A stretch of DNA of 63,312 bases, counting the filler. It is 4 parts of 4 records of this genome, joined end to end, with 100 filler letters (N's around TTAATTAATTAA, not from the genome) between each part and the next. Parts side by side here need not be neighbours in the genome. Positions count along the whole stretch, not along the records: positions 57,765 to 63,312 come from SRR2962707_2807; 3 more parts are not named here. One strand, given 5' to 3'. Numbering within the stretch: the first letter of the stretch is position 1; each line of letters opens with the position of its first letter. The translations under genes were made by a program, and so were the position numbers. Below are positions 58,296 to 63,312 of the stretch, one piece after another. Under the pieces are notes generated by a model. It made no database searches, was not told the origin of the DNA, and saw only the letters and a program-made list of their open reading frames with translations.

Positions 58296-59228
58296 TTATT
58301 CGGCGGTGTAGCCGGCGATCACCTGATCGAGCATGGTCATCAGGCCGGTGTAACCGTGCATGGTGATGTAGGCGGCCTGGGGATCGAGATAGATGATCTG
58401 ATCTTCCTGCCAGGCAGTCGTCTGGTGCATCAGCTCGTTATCGAGCAGGGCGCGGGCGGCGCCTTCATTGCCAACGCCGGCGTCACGGTCGACGACGAAC
58501 AGCCAATCGGGGTTGGCCTCGAGCAGGAATTCGAACGACACGCCGTCGCCGCCGTGATCGCCGTCTTCGACTTCGTCCATGACCGAGGGGATGCTCAGTT
58601 CGTTGTAGATCCAGGCGACGCGCGAATCGGGGCCGTAAACACCCAGATTGCCGGCATTGGTGACGAGCACCAGCCCCGTGCCCTGCCCTTCGGCGGCTGC
58701 GGTGGCTTCCGCGATCTTGGCATCGAGGTCAGCGATCAGTTCGGCCGCGCGGTCCTGCACGCCGAAAATTTCGCCAAGCTGTTCGATGTTGGCTTCAACA
58801 CCAGCGACAAGGTCGGTGTTGTTGACCGACATATCGATGGTCGGCACGATCTCGGTCAGGGTCGGGTAGGCTGCTGCCGAACGGGCGGCAACGATCACCA
58901 GGTCCGGCTGCTCGGCGGCGATGCCCTCGAAATCGGGCTCAAAGAGCGAACCGACATTGAACATGTCTGCGCTCACGCCGTCGGCGAGATAGCCGGGAAC
59001 GTTCGAGCCGGGGGCGCCAGCAACATCAATGCCGAGTGCGGTCAGGTTGTCGTACGCTGCCCAATCGATGACGAAGACTTTTTCGGGCACGCCCGAAATC
59101 GTGGTTTCGCCCTGGGGGTGGGCAACAGTAACGTCCTGTGCAGACGCTCCAGCGGTGAGGGCGAGCGAAGCTGCAAGGGCGAGAACCGCAGTGGCGGTCC
59201 GGAAATGGGCTGAGAAGTTCACGATCAC
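58296..59228 (-). CDS. Siderophore ABC substrate-binding protein (FatB/CeuE-like)
   Basis: VGSLFEPDFE, HG..VSFEFLLEANPDWLFVVDRD. Confidence 0.92.
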   Translation of the reverse strand: MIVNFSAHFRTATAVLALAASLALTAGASAQDVTVAHPQGETTISGVPEKVFVIDWAAYDNLTALGIDVAGAPGSNVPGYLADGVSADMFNVGSLFEPDFEGIAAEQPDLVIVAARSAAAYPTLTEIVPTIDMSVNNTDLVAGVEANIEQLGEIFGVQDRAAELIADLDAKIAEATAAAEGQGTGLVLVTNAGNLGVYGPDSRVAWIYNELSIPSVMDEVEDGDHGGDGVSFEFLLEANPDWLFVVDRDAGVGNEGAARALLDNELMHQTTAWQEDQIIYLDPQAAYITMHGYTGLMTMLDQVIAGYTAE

Positions 59229-59268
59229 AATCCAATCGTTGGCTAAAGGTCGGATGGGCAGTCAAATG

Positions 59269-59283
59269 TGACTGCAGACATCA
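59269..59283. promoter_or_regulatory. Candidate IRO box (RirA site)
   Basis: TGA-CTGCAGACA-TCA (TGA-N9-TCA) upstream of an iron-uptake operon. Confidence 0.6.
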
Positions 59284-59353
59284 GGTTATTAGCCAGCACA
59301 AAAGCGCGCGTCAACATAGCTGATCGCGTTAATCATGTTTAAATCTGTCAGGG

Positions 59354-59854
59354 CTATCCGCGCGCTTTCTCGAGCAGGGCGCGGCACTGCTCTAGGGTTT
59401 CCAGGGCCGATGCAAGCGTTTCGCGTTGCTCGCCGGAAAGTCCCGTCGAAACCGGGGTGTGCTGCTCGCCATAGCCCGCCGGCGCCGCCAGGGTATGGCC
59501 CGCCTCGATCTCCACGAACTCGACGGCATCAACGGTTTCGGCGGCTTCGATGTGCGGCTGTGGTGCTATCGGACGGATGGATCCGGTTTCACCAATGGCC
59601 ACGACGTGCCGGGCGCCCTGCTCCTTGAGGATGCGCTGCACGCCCTTGATGGTAAAACCCTGATCGTAAAGGAGGTGCCGGATGCCCTTGAGCAGTTGAA
59701 CGTCGTCGGGGCGGTAATAGCGCCGCCCGCCGCCACGCTTGAGCGGCTTGATCTGCGTGAACCGCGTTTCCCAGAAACGCAGCACATGCTGAGGTAGGTC
59801 GAGTTCGTCTGCCGCTTCGGATATCGTCCGGAAGGCGTCTGGCGATTTGTCCAA
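59354..59854 (-). CDS. MerR-family HTH protein (ihfA-linked)
   Basis: [11 protein letters not shown] and [10 protein letters not shown]. Confidence 0.93.
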   Translation of the reverse strand: MDKSPDAFRTISEAADELDLPQHVLRFWETRFTQIKPLKRGGGRRYYRPDDVQLLKGIRHLLYDQGFTIKGVQRILKEQGARHVVAIGETGSIRPIAPQPHIEAAETVDAVEFVEIEAGHTLAAPAGYGEQHTPVSTGLSGEQRETLASALETLEQCRALLEKARG

Positions 59855-59877
59855 CGCAAGTGCCCCGGTAAAAGTTG

Positions 59878-60189
59878 TTATTTTCCAGATCGAACCATAG
59901 ATTTGTTGATCTTGGATTTCAAGACGTTGGATGGTTTGAACACAAGAACCTGTCGCGGCAGGATCGGAACCTCCTCGCCAGTCTTGGGATTCCGGCCAAT
60001 TCGCTCGTTTTTCGAGCGCACTTGAAACGATCCGAAGGACGATAGTTTAACGTTGTCGCCCGAGGCCAGAGCGTCACTGACGATCTGAAGGACGCGTTCG
60101 ACAAGTTCTGCCGATTCGGTGCGCGACAGGCCAACGGACTGATAGACTGACTCCGCCAGATCGGCACGAGTCACGGTTTTTCCCGACAT
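59878..60189 (-). CDS. ihfA: Integration host factor alpha subunit
   Basis: VKLSSFGSF and [14 protein letters not shown]. Confidence 0.97.
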   Translation of the reverse strand: MSGKTVTRADLAESVYQSVGLSRTESAELVERVLQIVSDALASGDNVKLSSFGSFQVRSKNERIGRNPKTGEEVPILPRQVLVFKPSNVLKSKINKSMVRSGK

Positions 60190-60273
60190 GGTGTTCCCCT
60201 CAATCTCATTGAGACCCGCAACAGCCCCCAAGATTTCAACCACTTAACGCCCAAAATAGAGCTGGGTCAACGC

Positions 60274-61251
60274 CTACCAGCGAATGAGCGAGGCACCCCA
60301 CGTGAACCCGCCGCCCATCGCTTCGATCATCACCAGATCGCCCTTCTTGATTCGCCCGTCCTCACTCGCCACCCAGAGCGCCAGCGGAACAGAGGCGGCC
60401 GAGGTATTGGCGTGCTTGTCCACGGTAACGATGGTCTTGGCTTCGGGAATGCCCAGTTTGCGGCCCGCGCCGTCGATGATGCGCTTGTTGGCCTGGTGGG
60501 GAACGAACCAGTCGAGGTCTTCGGTCACCTTGCCGGTCTTGTCCAACACGTCTTCGATGACGTCCGAGATCATGCCGACGGCATGCTTGAACACTTCGCG
60601 GCCCTCCATGCGCAGGTGACCGATCGACTGGGTGGTCGAAACGCCGCCATCGACATAGAGCTTGTCCCAATGGCTGCCATCGGTGCGCAGGCTCGATACC
60701 AGTATGCCGTTCTCGGGCGCGTCGTCGGCAACGTCCTGAGCTTCAAGAACGATCGCCCCTGCCCCGTCGCCGAACAGCACGCATGTGGTCCTGTCGTTCC
60801 AGTCGAGAATGCGCGAGGCGGTCTCAGCACCGATCACCAGCGCGCGCTTGGCCATGCCGGTCTTGAGATAGCTGTCGGCCGTCGCCACGCCGAACACAAA
60901 GCCAGAACACACGGCCTGCACGTCGAAGGCCGAACCTTTGGTGATGCCGAGTTTTTGCTGCAGAATGGCCGCTGTCGCCGGAAAAGTGCGATCGGGGGTT
61001 GTCGTACCGACAACGATCAGGTCGATCTCGCTGGCATCCATCCCGGCTTTTTCGAGGGCACGCTGTGCGGCGACCAGTGCAAGGTCGGAGGTATATTCGC
61101 CTTCCGCGGCGATGTGGCGCTGCCGGATACCGGTACGCTGGACGATCCATTCGTCCGAGGTATCGACGACCTTGGCCAGGTCGTCATTGGTCATAATGCG
61201 TTCGGGCAGATATCCGCCGACGCCACGCACAACAGATTGTATTTTGGTCAC
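60274..61251 (-). CDS. fabH: 3-oxoacyl-ACP synthase III
   Basis: [21 protein letters not shown] and NTSAAS. Confidence 0.97.
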   Translation of the reverse strand: MTKIQSVVRGVGGYLPERIMTNDDLAKVVDTSDEWIVQRTGIRQRHIAAEGEYTSDLALVAAQRALEKAGMDASEIDLIVVGTTTPDRTFPATAAILQQKLGITKGSAFDVQAVCSGFVFGVATADSYLKTGMAKRALVIGAETASRILDWNDRTTCVLFGDGAGAIVLEAQDVADDAPENGILVSSLRTDGSHWDKLYVDGGVSTTQSIGHLRMEGREVFKHAVGMISDVIEDVLDKTGKVTEDLDWFVPHQANKRIIDGAGRKLGIPEAKTIVTVDKHANTSAASVPLALWVASEDGRIKKGDLVMIEAMGGGFTWGASLIRW

Positions 61252-62315
61252 GCGGAAGGTGCCTCCAGATTGGACGGTTCCGCCGGCACAGCCAGCGCGG
61301 GGAAGCGTTTCATGCCTTCCCCGATCTTTGCGAGGAGATCGTTGCGGGCCATTTCATAGGCAACGCTGAGCGCGCTCTTGTAGCCGATCTCATCGGTTCC
61401 ACCATGGCTCTTGATAACGACACCATTGAGGCCGAGAAAAACGCCGCCATTGACGGTGCGGGGGTCCAGCTTGGAGCGAACGGCGTTCAGCGCCCCGCCG
61501 GCAAACAGAGCGCCGATCTTGCTCATCAGCGACGAGGTCATGGCATTGCGCAGATAAGTCCCGACCTGCCGGGCCGTGCCCTCTGCGGTCTTGAGCGCAA
61601 TGTTGCCGGTGAACCCTTCGGTGACCACCACATCGACGGTGCCCTTGCCCAGATCGTCGCCCTCGACAAAGCCCTTGTAGGTGAATCCGGCGCCAGAAGT
61701 TTCGGCAAGGATCTTTCCGGCGTCCTTGACCCATTCATTGCCCTTGGCTTCCTCGACACCGACGTTGAGCAGCCCGATGGTCGGGCTTTCGATGTCGAAC
61801 AGGGCCCGCGCCAAGGCCGCGCCGAGGATCGAGAAATCGACAAGCTGCTGGGCGTCGGCCCCGATTGTCGCGCCGACGTCGAGCACGACGATGTCGGAGC
61901 GCAAGGTGGGCCATATCGCTGAAATGGCCGGGCGGGAAATGCCTTCCATGGTGCGCAGGCAGAAGGTCGCCATGGCCATCAGGGCGCCGGTATTGCCCCC
62001 CGAGATCGCCACATCGGCCTCGCCGTCCTTGACGGACTGGATGGCGGCCCACATCGAGGATGTGCCCCTGCCCTTGCGCAGCGCCTGGCTGGGCTTGTCA
62101 TCCATGGTGATGACGTTTTCGCTGTGGCGGATCTGCGAGGCAGTCTTAAGCTCTGAAAACTCTTCGAGCAGGGGCGCCAGCACCTCTTCGCGCCCGTGGA
62201 AAATGAATCGCGCGTCCGGATGCTCCCGGAGTAGCAATTTTGCGCCATGCATCGGAGCACGCGGCGCGTTGTCTCCGCCCATTGCGTCGACGGAGATCGT
62301 TATGGTTTCAGTCAT
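61248..62315 (-). CDS. plsX: Phosphate acyltransferase
   Basis: [23 protein letters not shown] and KSHG. Confidence 0.97.
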   Translation of the reverse strand: MTETITISVDAMGGDNAPRAPMHGAKLLLREHPDARFIFHGREEVLAPLLEEFSELKTASQIRHSENVITMDDKPSQALRKGRGTSSMWAAIQSVKDGEADVAISGGNTGALMAMATFCLRTMEGISRPAISAIWPTLRSDIVVLDVGATIGADAQQLVDFSILGAALARALFDIESPTIGLLNVGVEEAKGNEWVKDAGKILAETSGAGFTYKGFVEGDDLGKGTVDVVVTEGFTGNIALKTAEGTARQVGTYLRNAMTSSLMSKIGALFAGGALNAVRSKLDPRTVNGGVFLGLNGVVIKSHGGTDEIGYKSALSVAYEMARNDLLAKIGEGMKRFPALAVPAEPSNLEAPSA

Positions 62316-62323
62316 TGCCTGCC

Positions 62324-62375
62324 TTAGAGCGTTTCCAGAAAAAGTGAGCCGCCTTTTTCAATTCGGAGACGCGGC
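62324..62375 (+). repeat. RIME/Bru-RS-like intergenic palindromic element
   Basis: TTAGAGCGTTTCCAGAAAAAGTG...CTTTTTC...GGAGACGCG, an imperfect hairpin. Confidence 0.55.
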
Positions 62376-62487
62376 GTTTCAAAATATCACCGCCCCCAAG
62401 GATGTGCGCAGGGCTCCTCAACCCGGCGCTCACAATAGTCAATGAACGCTGCCATGCAAGCATGTCAACCTGATCGCCCAACGCCAT

Positions 62488-63027
62488 TCAGTCCTTTTTC
62501 AGCGACTTGAGCGCAGCAAAGGGGGAGAGTTCGGCCGGATCGTCGCCCTTGAGTTCCTCGGTCAGCTCAACGCCGGGTTTGCGCGGATAAAGATCGATCG
62601 CCAGGGCAAAGACTTCAATCACCAGATCGGCGAGGTCGATCTCGTCGCCCTCGAAGTAGTCGGGCAGGTCGTCGTCCTCGAGATTGACGAAAATCTCGGC
62701 TCCCGCGGTCGCTTCGCTCGCGGCATCGTGACCAGGCAGAAAGACCCGATCGATTGCCTCGTTTATCGTCTGGCTGACCGGATCTCCGGTCACAACGCAG
62801 GGCTGGACGATTGTTCCGCTGACATTGCCCTTGGCCTGAATACCGCCGCGGAACCGTGTCGCGGTTACCTGCGCGGAAAAATCTGTAACTTCGCTCACCT
62901 TGAGCCGCTCGGCGAGTACCGCGCGCTGTTCGGCATCGGTCTTTATGGTCACCACCCGGCCCGCGGACGGTATCTTGTCGACCCGGATTTTCGCGTCGAG
63001 GTCGAATTGGTCAGGTCTTTGCGTCAT
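62488..63027 (-). CDS. DUF177/YceD family protein
   Basis: QPCVVTGDPV, LAIDLYPRKPG and SPFAALKSLK; upstream of plsX. Confidence 0.9.
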   Translation of the reverse strand: MTQRPDQFDLDAKIRVDKIPSAGRVVTIKTDAEQRAVLAERLKVSEVTDFSAQVTATRFRGGIQAKGNVSGTIVQPCVVTGDPVSQTINEAIDRVFLPGHDAASEATAGAEIFVNLEDDDLPDYFEGDEIDLADLVIEVFALAIDLYPRKPGVELTEELKGDDPAELSPFAALKSLKKD

Positions 63028-63312
63028 TTGGGGTCTCCGAACGTCACACTGCCGGCCATGATCTGCTCGACAGACTGGGAGGCGAGCGTCTCGTCGCTCT
63101 CCAGGATGTAATCGGCAAATCGTTCAGCCAGCGGATGCGTTGCACCGGCGTGGAAGTTTCGCGAAACAAAATCGATCAGCCGCGCGCGGTCGCCCGCATC
63201 CAGAATCGAGGAGAGATTGGACAGCATGCCGTAAAAAAGGCTTCCCATCTTTTCGATCCGCTTGCCCACAGAAAGGTCTCCGACGCCCATTTCGCGCAGC
63301 GAGCGGTCCATA
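63024..63312 (-). CDS. Ubiquinol-cytochrome c chaperone (Cbp3) family protein, C-terminal fragment
   Basis: MDRSLREMGVGDLSVGKRI. Confidence 0.88.
   Translation of the reverse strand, partial: MDRSLREMGVGDLSVGKRIEKMGSLFYGMLSNLSSILDAGDRARLIDFVSRNFHAGATHPLAERFADYILESDETLASQSVEQIMAGSVTFGDPK

Noticed and set aside
57990-59213. Long antisense ORFs (this one, 32322-33356, 35703-36824, 8860-9786, 50287-51261)
   Set aside because: Shadows of well-supported genes on the opposite strand in GC-rich DNA; no motifs.
59354-59854. MerR as a metal-resistance regulator
   Set aside because: It is the conserved ihfA-linked MerR-like protein and lacks metal-binding Cys clusters.
62316-62487. Absence of rpmF between yceD and plsX
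   Set aside because: To my knowledge this arrangement is common in Rhizobiales, so it is not treated as a loss.
1-63312. CRISPR arrays, tRNA/rRNA genes, iterons, rep or transposase genes
   Set aside because: No regularly spaced direct repeats or recognisable sequences of these kinds were seen by eye.

Overview
The window is four unrelated contigs joined by artificial 100-nt linkers (N44-TTAATTAATTAA-N44 at 31605-31704, 38126-38225 and 57665-57764). All four look alphaproteobacterial. Contig 1 (1-31604) is a piece of a mobilisable plasmid. Its cargo (1-21 kb) has the gene-family set of the oxidative L-ascorbate to L-lyxonate to 2-oxoglutarate pathway: cytochrome b561, gluconolactonase, WD40-like propeller, PdxA-family decarboxylase, lyxonate dehydratase, KDA dehydratase and KGSA dehydrogenase. 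It also holds three sugar ABC importers and two GntR/LacI repressors with visible operators. The most unusual item is one importer whose binding protein is a clear LuxP (borated AI-2 receptor) homologue, paired with a permease and ATPase and with no LuxQ in the window. The backbone follows: a dif-like site, VirD2-type relaxase, MobC, a nic-like site, KorB/IncC-like ParBA, three unknown leading-region genes, DUF932 and a strongly folding intergenic region. A LysR-pirin-YcaC-yqjG cassette ends the contig, truncated by a probable IS end. Contig 2 (31705-38125) is GC-rich chromosomal DNA (MBL hydrolase, DCC, DUF4166, HDAC, xseB-ispA-dxs). Contig 3 (38226-57664) is a 15-gene catabolic operon plus LysR, bounded by identical inverted 28-bp IS-like ends; it combines an lva/ACAD11-like kinase-ACAD-SDR module with beta-oxidation, GMC and enolase genes, substrate unknown. 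Contig 4 (57765-63312) is Rhizobiales-type chromosome (siderophore ABC genes with an IRO box, merR-like, ihfA, fabH, plsX, yceD). Family assignments are from motif recognition and memory, not database searches.
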